NCBI RefSeq assembly: GCF_001194135.2
Contig: NC_068997.1
Coordinates: 45,581,566 to 45,620,961, forward strand
DNA length: 39,396 bases
DNA from: Octopus bimaculoides
Lineage: Eukaryota
Direction of reading: 5' to 3'
Position numbers and translations under genes: made by a program. Shown piece by piece: positions 1-11,160 of the stretch (position 1 is the stretch's first letter; every line of letters begins with the position of its first letter). The notes beneath the pieces are model-generated. The model made no database searches and was not told where the DNA came from. It was given only the letters and a program-made list of their open reading frames with translations.

Positions 1-130
1 TCGTCTTCGTCGCCGTCGTCTTCGTCGCCGTCGTCTTCGTCGCCGTCGTCTTCGTCGCCGTCTTCGTCGCCGTCGTCTTCGTTGTCGTCTTCGTCGTCGT
101 CTTCGTCGTCGTCTTCGTCGCCGTCGTCGC
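1..130. repeat. 15-bp tandem repeat (TCGTCTTCGTCGCCG) decaying to 12-bp units
   Basis: Four perfect 15-mers at 1-60, then shorter variants. Confidence 0.9.
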
Positions 131-1060
131 TGTTTTTGTTGTTATTGTTCTAAGCATGTTGCTGTTTTATGTTGTGGTCATGTTCTTGTTATTTCTATTG
201 TTGTAGCTGTTCTCATCATCATCATCATCATCATCATTGTAGCTGTTGTGGATGTTGCCTTCCTTGTCGTCATCGTCGTCATTGTGTTGTTGTTGTTCTT
301 GTTTTATGCCGTTATTTCACGTCGTAGTCTTGTTCTTCCTCCTGTTGTTGAAGCTATACATACCTTTGTCATCGTCATCGTCGTCATCGTTGTCGACTTC
401 GTCATTGTTACTTTTGCTGTCATAGATATCGCTCCTGTCGTTGTTGTTGTTGTTGTTACTCTTCTTGATCGTTGCTGGTGTTGGCGGTAATGCTGTGGTG
501 GTTGTTGTAGTTGTTTTGTTGTAGTATGGTGTCGGTGGTGGNNNNNNNNNNNNNNNNNNNNNNNNNNNNNNNNNNNNNNNNNNNNNNNNNNNNNNNNNNN
601 NNNNNNNNNNNNNNNNNNNNNNNNNNNNGTGGTGTTGGTTGTGGTGGGGGAGAGGAAGTCGGTTAGGGATCACATCGTTATCGACATACCGTTATTGTTG
701 TTGTTGTTCACGTGGTAGTTTTGTGGCAGGTTCGGCGTTGATGGTTCACTGGTGCCGTTGGTAGTGGGGATGGGAGGAGGTGGTGGCGATGGTAGTGGGC
801 GGTGGAGGTGTTGGGTGAAGGCGGCAGTGGTGGTAGTGATGTAGTTGTTTTGTTGTGGTATACTGTCGTAGAGTTGTTGTGGTTGGTGGTGCTATAGTTG
901 TTCGTGGTGTTGCTGTTGTTGTTGGTGTTGTTGTTGCGCTGGTGGCTTGTGCTGCTGCTGTGGCGGTGGCGGCGACTGCTGTAATTGCTTATGTTGTTGA
1001 TGTTGCGGTTGCTGTTTTATACGGTGTTGTTGGATTCTCACGTATATTTTTGGCGTGGTG
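130..1060. repeat. Degenerate GTT/GGT/TCA trinucleotide low-complexity field
   Basis: Interrupted GTT, GGT, CAT and GCT triplet runs, with an N gap at 542-628. Confidence 0.8.
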
Positions 1061-1099
1061 ATTGCTATTAAATTCATTGTGTGGATAATGTATTTACGT

Positions 1100-1707
1100 A
1101 TATGCGTGTATGTATGTGTGTGTGTGTGTGCATATGCATATGCGTGCCTGTGCATGTGTGTGTATGTGTGTGTGTGTGTGTGTATGTGTGTGTTTGGCCA
1201 TTACTGAAATGGTTGTTTCATGTGATTTATTGTTACCGTCAAAGTTGTTGTTGCAGATATTGTTGTTGTTGTTGTTCTTCTTCTTCTTCTTCTTTTTCTC
1301 TTCCTCCTCCTCTTCCTTCTCCTTTTTCTTCTTCTTCTTCTTCTTCTTCTTCTTCTTCTTCTTCTCTTCCTCCTCCTCTTTCTTCTTCTTCTTCTTCTTC
1401 TTCTTCTTCTTCTTCTTCTTGGTGATTATTGCGATTGTTGACGAACGTGTCCTGTGTCTATGTTCGTATGTTGTTTGTATGTTGGTGTGTGTGTGTGTGT
1501 GTGTGTGTGTGCTTAAGCATGTATGTACGTAAGTTTGTTTGTGTGTGTGTTTGTGTGTTTGGTGTATGGGTGTACATATTGAAATGTAGTATCTGGAGGA
1601 ACATTCCTTACTCCTGACTGGAGTCTAGCCATTTCCTCATTGATTAGACAAACAGGGAAGGTGAACAAAAAAGCAGGAATACTACTACTACTACTACTAC
1701 TACTACT

Positions 1708-1739
<32 letters not shown>

Positions 1740-1900
1740 CAATATACATACACAAATGCACATGCAAATACGTACATGCATACATACATACGCACATTCA
1801 TACGTAGTACATATATACATTTATATGTTGTATACATATATGTATATAATGCATATATAGACATATAGTTACACATGCACACACACACACACACATGCAC
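1100..1900. repeat. Compound microsatellites (TG)n, (TTC)n/(TCC)n, (TAC)n, (CA)n, (TA)n
   Basis: Directly visible runs, e.g. TTC about 1275-1420 and TAC 1680-1709. Confidence 0.9.
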
Positions 1901-1929
1901 AGCGGCTATCTTTCTTTCTTCCCCTTGCC

Positions 1930-2256
1930 TTACAAGAGACAACAGACATTTTTGCCTATCTCCTGTCAAAGCGCGTTTCTCCAGCGTTCATCACTTCACC
2001 TTGTTATGGCTCAACAGCCCTTACCGTTTGTTTTTACTGCTTTGTTCTTACTGTCCTGTTTTTGTTACCACTTTTAACCCCTCCGCCAATCCCAAATTTA
2101 ATTTAATTTGCTTTGCGGGAACGACTGTTTTAATGAAGTCGCGTCTTGTCCCATCATTCGAAACGCGGAGTAGTTCAAACGGGGGACAACTGATGAAGGG
2201 AATGTTCTTTATGCTGCCTGTCTCGTTTCTCTATTTGTTGGTTTCGTTGTTCGAAA
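1930..2256 (+). mobile_element. Possible 3' end (pseudo-LTR) of a Penelope-like retroelement
   Basis: FITSPCYG plus LNSP (1987-2021, joined by a 1-nt frameshift) resembles the P-x-GLN motif at the end of PLE GIY-YIG ORFs. A T-rich tract and a hammerhead-like motif follow. Truncated by an N gap. Confidence 0.4.
2139..2204 (+). ncRNA. Hammerhead-ribozyme-like motif with permuted segment order
   Basis: CGCGTC (2140-2145) pairs with GAAACGCG (2160-2167). TTGTCCC (2146-2152) pairs with GGGACAA (2183-2189). Core CTGATGA lies at 2190-2196. CATTC (2155-2159) pairs with GAATG (2200-2204). Confidence 0.5.
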
Positions 2257-3419
2257 NNNNNNNNNNNNNNNNNNNNNNNNNNNNNNNNNNNNNNNNNNNN
2301 NNNNNNNNNNNNNNNNNNNNNNNNNNNNNNNNNNNNNNNNNNNNNNNNNNNNNNNNNNNNNNNNNNNNNNNNNNNNNNNNNNNNNNNNNNNNNNNNNNNN
2401 NNNNNNNNNNNNNNNNNNNNNNNNNNNNNNNNNNNNNNNNNNNNNNNNNNNNNNNNNNNNNNNNNNNNNNNNNNNNNNNNNNNNNNNNNNNNNNNNNNNN
2501 NNNNNNNNNNNNNNNNNNNNNNNNNNNNNNNNNNNNNNNNNNNNNNNNNNNNNNNNNNNNNNNNNNNNNNNNNNNNNNNNNNNNNNNNNNNNNNNNNNNN
2601 NNNNNNNNNNNNNNNNNNNNNNNNNNNNNNNNNNNNNNNNNNNNNNNNNNNNNNNNNNNNNNNNNNNNNNNNNNNNNNNNNNNNNNNNNNNNNNNNNNNN
2701 NNNNNNNNNNNNNNNNNNNNNNNNNNNNNNNNNNNNNNNNNNNNNNNNNNNNNNNNNNNNNNNNNNNNNNNNNNNNNNNNNNNNNNNNNNNNNNNNNNNN
2801 NNNNNNNNNNNNNNNNNNNNNNNNNNNNNNNNNNNNNNNNNNNNNNNNNNNNNNNNNNNNNNNNNNNNNNNNNNNNNNNNNNNNNNNNNNNNNNNNNNNN
2901 NNNNNNNNNNNNNNNNNNNNNNNNNNNNNNNNNNNNNNNATATATACATGTATAAAATTATACTCGCATATATATCTGTTTATACATATGTGTATGTCTG
3001 GCTGTATATAAGCTCATCTAACGAACCGGGAAATATACCTCCATGCATGAATTGAAATGTGTATAGTTTTATAAGCCGAGGAGCTACAGATACTTAACGT
3101 TTCTTGCCAATGAACATATCAAACGAAATTCTAGGCTCTTGAGTCACTGAAGCTCCTCAGCTAATGGATAATGCGCGTGTATGTATGTGTGTGTGAAAGT
3201 GTGCGCTTGCCTGCATTCAGGTATTCACCTCTTAGTGTAATATGTGGGCTAATGAAAAGTATTCGTTGGCGATAAAAGTATGTTTATAAAGCCACACATT
3301 GCGTCACAAGTGGTAATTCTATTGTTGGATGCAGATATGTGTGATTGTTAATATTGGTAGTGGAGAGTGTCTGAAGAATGTCGATGATGTTGTTAATAAT
3401 GAGAATTATATTGCTTTAG

Positions 3420-3644
3420 CAATGGTTAAATACACAGATGCTTCTGTGCCTCTGTGTGTGTGTGTATGTGTGTGTGTCTTTCTGTCTGCGTGTGTATGTG
3501 TGCGTATGTATGTATATATGTGTATATGTATGTATATATATGTGTAAATGTATGTATATATATGTGTATATGTTTGNNNNNNNNNNNNNNNNNNNNNNNN
3601 NATGTATGTATATATATATATAATTATATATATATATACATATA

Positions 3645-3678
<34 letters not shown>

Positions 3679-3699
3679 CATATATATACATATATATAC

Positions 3700-3762
<63 letters not shown>

Positions 3763-3870
3763 CACGCACACACACATACACACAAACACACGCATATATA
3801 TTCACACACACATATACATACACGCTACGAAAACTTCAACGACAGCAACAACAACAACAACAACAACAAA
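3420..3870. repeat. (TG)n/(TA)n/(TATG)n/(CA)n/(CAA)n microsatellite cluster
   Basis: Directly visible runs. Confidence 0.9.
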
Positions 3871-4434
3871 ATCAGCTGGAATTAATCGATACATCATTTA
3901 TATATTTAGTCTTTTTTTTTTCATATATAATTATATATATATGTTTTTTTTCCTGCTTGCTCAACAATTTTCATTTAGAGTTTAGTTAATACAGACAGCA
4001 ACAACTGAATTAACGGCAGGATGTTGTGTGTTCCATAACGACTTAAAAGTGTCTGTTACCGCGCGGAGAGGTAGTGGACAAAACAGCAGAGATGTTACTA
4101 AACACCGCTTATCAACGCTAGAGAGCTCTCCAGTTTTGGGAGACAGGAAACTGTTAANNNNNNNNNNNNNNNNNNNNNNNNNNNNNNNGTTTTTTTTTTC
4201 AGTTTTAATCTCGTTTTGTTATTTGTCATACGTTTGCGTATATTTATTATTTTTGGAGGTTTTTTTTTGTAATTCTGCTTTATATTTTGTGTTTTTTGTT
4301 TCATTTGTTTTGTTATTTGTTTTAATTCCTTTTGTTATATGCGGCCTTTTTTCGTTTTGCATTTTTAATTCTTTCTTTATTTCTCTCCTGTTGTTTCTGT
4401 TTCCTTTCGTATCAGGATTAGTGACAGCACAAAC

Positions 4435-4703
4435 GGTAGGGGGTGGCGGTGTCGGCGGTGGCGGCGGTGGTGGTGTTGGTGTTGGAGGGGATGATGATGA
4501 TGACGATAAAGCTGATGATGGTGGAGGTGATGATATTGATGATGATGATGATGTAGTGGTGGTGGTGGTGGCAGCGGCGGCGACGGTGGTGATGATGAGG
4601 ATGGTGATGGTGGCAGTGGTAGCAGTGGTTGTAATGGTCTCTGTCATCGTCGTCATCGTGATGATGAAGATGACGACGACGATGATGATGATAATGATGC
4701 TGC

Positions 4704-4773
<70 letters not shown>

Positions 4774-4805
4774 AACGACGACGATGACGACGATGATGAC
4801 GGTGT
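4435..4805. repeat. (GGT)n/(GAT)n/(GCT)n trinucleotide field
   Basis: Directly visible runs. Confidence 0.9.
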
Positions 4806-4919
4806 GGTGCATTAGAAGAATCAGCTGATGTAGGAAAAACTCACACCTTGAGGTATTTAGTTTATGTTCCTTGAACTCCTGAGTTCGAACCTCACCGAGC
4901 GAGTTTCATTGGGTGACCG

Positions 4920-6240
4920 AGGTGTGACGCTGCATCAAAGCCATAATTAGGTTTTTGAAGGACTACGACGGACGAACACTATTCGGTTCCTGGCACATAT
5001 ATACAGTTTTCCAGTTGCAACTTGCTTGACTGTTTAGGAATAGTGCAGCCCCGAGAAAGAGGGCGAACTTTAGGGCCTACTTCACCAACCTGACACGGCT
5101 TTCGACAGAAACGAATGGAGTATTGTAAAAAAACAGTTGGAAATTGAGACGCAGACTACACTCCAGGACTTAGATGACAGTTTCGTAATCCTGGACACTA
5201 CAGCCACAAAAGCGACGTCTTTAGACGATTAACAACATATTCCCCAGCTAGGACAGGGTAATTAGAGGTCTTTAGGATTTCAGAAGTATTCTTGAGAACG
5301 TCTCAAGGGTGACTGGTATGGCATCTCAGACAACCGTATGGAAATATGCCAAAGTTGTTTATTTCTTTTCTGACAGATGTTTATTGAAATTTGTTTCAGA
5401 TTGGTAACATTCCCCTCTGTATTAACCAGGATGTGAGGGCGTTTCTGAGATAGTGTAGAAATAACTGGGGGCGGTCGTAAAATCCCCTTAAAGCTGTTTA
5501 GGGAGTTCCAGCTGTGTGACAGGTTCCCATTGGATTTTTAGAATGTGCCAACTAGGATATGAACAGCCCATATTGGGTCATGGAAAACAGATATCGATAG
5601 AGTATTTGTGAAATCAGAGGTTAAAGGCAGTAGTTTTTCTATAACCATAGGGGCCAGTTTAACAAACAGGTATGTAATATACACAGTCAATCTAGATATA
5701 ACGCATATACAGGAGCTCGGTCATTAGAAGTTAACCATATTGTTTCTGGCGCTGGAAACCTGCATCGATTGGACGCGTGACGTAGTTAATCAGATATTGA
5801 CAAGGGCCGATCGTCAACAACTAGCGGTGGGTCACCCTGAAAGAGTAAATAACTTTTAGGGCAGAGTGAAAAGCTACCAACAGAGAACAATACAATTGAG
5901 GGAAACAGACCAGCAGATTTGAATAAGCGTTTAGGAAAGTCATCATGACCGCTGTAGAAGCGATGAAAAATGGCGCTGAGGTATTTCTTCAATGTGAACA
6001 AAACACGAAGCTTATATAATCAGAGTTGAGGCGTGTGCTCTTAGACACGAGGAAATAAAAGCCGTTCATTGGGTTTGGAGGATAGAGACGAGACGGAGCT
6101 CTTTGAAAGACTACGACCGATGCGCGCGTACTATTCGATTCTAAGTAGACGTGCGCAATTTTTGAACAGCACCTTCTCTGAGTGTTTATGAGTAATGGTA
6201 AACTAGAGAAAGTGGACTCCAGCACCTACTTGGCCAACCT
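4920..6240 (+). mobile_element. Degenerate L1/Tx1-clade non-LTR retrotransposon: APE endonuclease domain plus linker
   Basis: Motifs occur in order across frameshifts and stops: FRRLTTYSP (cf. FRLVAVYAP), GDWY at 5308-5319 (cf. GDWN), DIDRVFVK at 5590-5613 (cf. YLDRVFV), GH*KL at 5719-5733 (cf. GYWKLN), then KHEAYIIRVEACALRHEEIKAVHW (Tx1-type linker). Recognised by eye. Confidence 0.7.
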
Positions 6241-6271
6241 GATATACATATATACATATATACATATACAT

Positions 6272-6334
<63 letters not shown>

Positions 6335-7429
6335 NNNNNNNNNNNNNNNNNNNNNNNNNNNNNNNNNNNNNNNNNNNNNNNNNNNNNNNNNNNNNNNNNN
6401 NNNNNNNNNNNNNNNNNNNNNNNNNNNNNNNNNNNNNNNNNNNNNNNNNNNNNNNNNNNNNNNNNNNNNNNNNNNNNNNNNNNNNNNNNNNNNNNNNNNN
6501 NNNNNNNNNNNNNNNNNNNNNNNNNNNNNNNNNNNNNNNNNNNNNNNNNNNNNNNNNNNNNNNNNNNNNNNNNNNNNNNNNNNNNNNNNNNNNNNNNNNN
6601 NNNNNNNNNNNNNNNNNNNNNNNNNNNNNNNNNNNNNNNNNNNNNNNNNNNNNNNNNNNNNNNNNNNNNNNNNNNNNNNNNNNNNNNNNNNNNNNNNNNN
6701 NNNNNNNNNNNNNNNNNNNNNNNNNNNNNNNNNNNNNNNNNNNNNNNNNNNNNNNNNNNNNNNNNNNNNNNNNNNNNNNNNNNNNNNNNNNNNNNNNNNN
6801 NNNNNNNNNNNNNNNNNNNNNNNNNNNNNCTACTACTACTACTACTACTACTATTACTACTACTACTACAGACGCTGCTGCTGCTGCTGCTATTGCTGTT
6901 GTGGCTACCATAAAGCAAACTTTACACACAGATCGTACTTTCCAAGACCCTGAAGGTGAGAATGCCACCGAAGAAATTTTTTTAGTAATCGAACACAATC
7001 TCTGCTTATCTCTGCTGATTCCCTCTGCCGTTCACTTCAATTATGGATTAAGTGATCAATATATCGATTTTTATAGGCATAATACAATACTTTATTTTTT
7101 CCATATTCCAGAAACCATTTTGCTCGTCCAATATACATGCATGTGTATATATTAACACATACACACACACACACATATATATATATACATACACACGCAC
7201 ACACGCACACATGCGCACACACACACACAGATGCACACACACATATATACATACATATCTGCATATATATATATATGCATGTATATATANNNNNNNNNNA
7301 TATATATATATACCAATGTATGTATCTATATGTATACATGCACTCATACACTACGCATACACTTATCGACAAACAGATAGTTACGCTGATAACCGATTAA
7401 AACTACGTTCACCAATCACATTTGGAAGT

Positions 7430-7560
7430 TGAAAGAGCTCAACGTAGCCTAGAACACTAAATAGCAAATTCTAGAAAGAAATGCAAGCTTTGTACAGCGT
7501 AAGGAAACCACATGTTTGTAGTTGAAATTGAAGAACCTGTAAACTATTTAAACATCGGAG
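7430..7560 (-). mobile_element. Possible CR1/L2/Jockey-like RT C-terminal fragment
   Basis: FLTLYKACIS followed after a frameshift by LEFA resembles LYKAFVRPILEYA. The match is short and weak. Confidence 0.3.
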
Positions 7561-7839
7561 CAGATTTCTTGACAAGGGTCTCCTATTATCGTAAGTTACC
7601 GTCCTGCCAGGAGATATTACCGCTCGCAAAAGTCTGATCTGTAACTTAACAAACACCACCATATGCGCTGCAGATTGCTGCAAGATGTAAACTGTCCTGT
7701 TCCTTACTTTCTGGTCTCGAAAGCATCTTTTCTTTTTTTGCCATACCTGTAACTAACATCTCTGTTCATACAGTTATCAAGAGCACTGCATCACTGTCAC
7801 AGCATCACTGTCAACAACGCATTTCATTAAACTTCCTAC

Positions 7840-8150
7840 TTTTAATCTCTTATGCATATTAATCCCCTTCCTCTATTTTTTTTCTCTCCTGTTAAAATAC
7901 AATCTGTCAACATCTGCCTTTGGGTGTAAGTCGTTGTAGGTTGTCAGAATTTTCCTTGTTTTTCTATCTACCTTTTCAAGATTTTCTTTTATCTATTTGA
8001 TTATTCCAGGGCCGTATCTGATGATGGATAATACTTTCCTGTTTATGGCAGTGACGATATTTTAATATCGTTTTTAACATTCTCCAAAACCTTCGCAAAT
8101 ATATTCTCTCCTGACTTTGTCTTTCATTATTTCATCATTTAGTACCCATC
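7840..8150 (-). mobile_element. R4/Dong-like non-LTR retrotransposon RT thumb fragment
   Basis: Minus-strand translation gives IMKDKVRREY...NIVTAINRKVLSIIRYGPGIIK*IKENLEKVDRKTRKILTTYNDLHPKADVDRLYFNRRE(fs)RGRGLICIRD. This matches the AIN...IRY.AG...W...IDRKTRK...HPKADVDRLY..R..GGRGL signature. Confidence 0.8.
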
Positions 8151-8161
8151 AGATTATATAG

Positions 8162-8346
8162 TTCTTCTTCTTCTTCTTCTTCTTCTTCTTCTTCTTCTTC
8201 TTCTTCTTCTTCTTCTTCTTCTTCTTCTTCTTCTTCTTCTTCCTTGTTGTTCTTGTTGTTGCTGCTGTTGTTCTTATTTTTGTTGCCGTTGTTTTTGATA
8301 TTGTTGTTGTTTTTGTTGTTGTTGTTGCTGTTGCTGTTGTTACTAC

Positions 8347-8390
<44 letters not shown>

Positions 8391-8486
8391 GTATTATCAT
8401 CATCATCATCATCATCATCATTATTATTTTCATTATTATTATTATTATTATTATTATCATCATTATTATTATTATCATCATCATCA

Positions 8487-8541
<55 letters not shown>

Positions 8542-8831
8542 CACCATCGTTATTATTGTTGTTGTTAATATCTTTATTGTAGTTGTTTTTCTTATTACCA
8601 TTTCTATCATTATGGTCGTTGTTGGTGTTACTGCAGTGGTTATTGTCATTATTTTTATTACTATTGCTATTATTATCAATATCATTCTTATTGCTATTAC
8701 TATACTATTATTTTTGCCACTATTATTAGTATTATTATCACCATTATTGTTATTTTTAACAATAAAAAATTACTATTATTATTATCACCATTATTATTAT
8801 TATCATTATTATTATCACCATTATTATTATT

Positions 8832-8890
<59 letters not shown>

Positions 8891-8994
8891 CATTATTATT
8901 ATCACCATTATTATTATTATTATCACCATTATTATTATTATTATCATTATCACTATTATTATTATTATTATTATTATTATCATTATTATTATTA

Positions 8995-9069
<75 letters not shown>

Positions 9070-9155
9070 TCACTATTATTATTATTATTATTACCACCAT
9101 TATTATTATTGTTATTATTATTTTTTTTAATTTTATTATTATTATCATCATCATT
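8162..9155. repeat. ~1-kb (TTC)n, (TTG)n, (ATT)n/(ATC)n, (GTA)n microsatellite field
   Basis: Perfect TTC at about 8162-8241 and long ATT runs with recurring ATCACC interruptions. Confidence 0.95.
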
Positions 9156-9484
9156 GTTAGCCACTATATTTTCTTCGCAAAAATCTGTTCTACTTAGTTT
9201 TCACCTTATGCATCTTCTTCTCCACAGAGAGAACAACATGTATTTTATATTATTTTATATTATTTCATATCATTTTATATTATGATTTTGGTTTCCGTTG
9301 CATCTTTTATGTATTTTCTTTCTTCATTTTTCCACGATGACAGTAAAAGGATTAAGATATCCTTTTGTTCACTTTTGTTTCCATGTCTTTCCAACTAATG
9401 TCATCTCTTATTGTCAGGGTAAATACAAACTCATATATTTAAAATATACAATAAAAAGCATTAACAACAATGGTGACGATGCAG

Positions 9485-9520
9485 TATTTATATGTATATG
9501 TATATATGTATATGTAAATG

Positions 9521-9579
<59 letters not shown>

Positions 9580-9845
9580 ATATGTACATTTATATATATA
9601 TATATGCATGAGTATATATATATAGCTATGTGTACGTATATATGTATGCATATATATATAAATACACACTCACATATACACATATATATGTATGTATACA
9701 TATAGTTTCACATCCAACATACATGTGTCACTATATGTTTGTATATGTGTATATATGTATATATCTATAGATATGTAGGTACATATATGTATGTCCACGC
9801 GCAGATATATACACACACACACACACGCATACATATACATTTAGA
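9485..9845. repeat. (TA)n/(TATG)/(CA)n microsatellite
   Basis: Directly visible runs. Confidence 0.9.
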
Positions 9846-10137
9846 CATATGCATTACACTATAGCTATCTTGATCTTCAGTCAATAGCTGATGAAAGTCT
9901 ACGAAGAGTATGGTGACCTACCTTGTATCTTTTCTGTTTTACCTGTTGATACCCGTTTAATTTTTCTTCTATTTGACGGTAGAGCCACGGAGCTGAATCT
10001 ATTATGTATACATAAAACACACACATGTGGCGGGTATATGTTTTAAGTTTTTGTCTACATAATAAGCTTTCTGTCGGTTCCTCATTTTCATCTTATTCTC
10101 TTTATTTCGAATCTTTACGGCTCATGTACAATATTCT

Positions 10138-10240
10138 TTTATTCTTTTATTTGTTTCAGTCATTTGACTGCGGCCATGCTGGAGGACCGTCTTTAGTCGA
10201 ACAGCTATGTTACGGGTACGTAAACACATCAGCAACGCTA
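10138..10240 (-). mobile_element. SINE family A 3' tail, internally deleted
   Basis: TTGTTTCAGTCATTTGACTGCGGCCATGCTGGAGGACCGTCTTTAGTCGA matches 16261-16310, then jumps to the TAAGTTACGGG...GTAAACAC segment. Confidence 0.85.
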
Positions 10241-10569
10241 TAGTATCCTAAAACTCTGCCGTGTTATTCTTGTTGATGGCAACCTTGAGAACGAAACATC
10301 ATGCTGTCCCGGCTAAACAATACATGCGCATCGTTTTAGTATCGGCGTAACAAGGTTCTTTCTGCCTTATGTCTTATACATAAACATAAGCAAATTAATC
10401 CTTTGTTTGTTATAAAACACTCATGGCGCAAAGTACTTCGATTAAAGCGTTTAAGAAGAGCCCCGTGAAATACAATCACCTCACACACACACACACACAC
10501 ACACACTTACGTTCATGTCTCTAATGTCTAAGCATATACATACATTTATATATATTTGCAGCAGAACTC

Positions 10570-10787
10570 AATGCTTTATGAGTAAATTTGGTTGACGGAA
10601 ACTGTGTGGAAGGCGGCGAGCTTGCAGAAACGTTAGAACGCCGAGCGAAATGCTTAGCGGTATTTCGTCTGCCGTTACGTTCTGAGTTCAAATTCCGCCG
10701 AGGTCGACTTTGTCTTTCATCCTTTCGGGTCGATAAATGAAGTGGTGCCCCAGCATGGTCGCAATCCAATGATTAAAACAAGTAAAC
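10570..10787 (+). mobile_element. Composite SINE: family A body, family B head, family A tail
   Basis: 10570-10611 matches the reverse complement of 16621-16665. 10612-10740 is a B head (GGCGGCGAGC...GAGTTCAAATTCC B-box-like). 10742-10787 matches the A tail. Confidence 0.75.
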
Positions 10788-11120
10788 TGTATAAAAGCTA
10801 TAAAGCCTCTTATATCTTTATAAAGTTTCCTGAATGTCTTGGAGTGGTGCAGTCAACAGAGTGACAAACAAAACAACAACAACAAAAAAAAGCATGTCGA
10901 ATTTCGTTACTTTCATTCCCGTTTTGAGTTCGATTCCTGGTCAATCCGTTTACCCCCTTAACTCTCCAGTATTCTCTCTGTGTGGTTAAGGTAGCTGACC
11001 TTTTTCACTCACAACGGGTACATCATCTTTCTCAGATTGTAACGCGGGACAAGAAAATTCAAGGACTTGTTTTTCAGAAATAGGATAATATACATGAAAT
11101 ATGTACAACTCTGTGTGTGT

Positions 11121-11160
<40 letters not shown>

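Noticed and set aside
1875-3011. Long ORFs spanning N runs (also 19463-20371, 21005-22253, 27227-28483, 37686-39197)
   Set aside because: Their length is an artefact of untranslatable Ns and dinucleotide repeats.
4825-4900. Weak SINE-B-like heads (also about 10855-10960)
   Set aside because: Only a B-box-like GAGTTCGA motif and faint similarity are present, too degraded to list as features.
8018-8024. CTGATGA motif
   Set aside because: It lies antisense within R4/Dong coding sequence (IIRY codons) and has no helices.
8612-9164. Tyr/His-, Asn- and Ile-rich ORFs
   Set aside because: These are (ATT)n artefacts in several frames.
9860-9915. CTGATGA at 9888-9894 with a nearby GCTAT/ATAGC stem
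   Set aside because: No stem II-GAAA or properly placed NUH site, so it is not a hammerhead.
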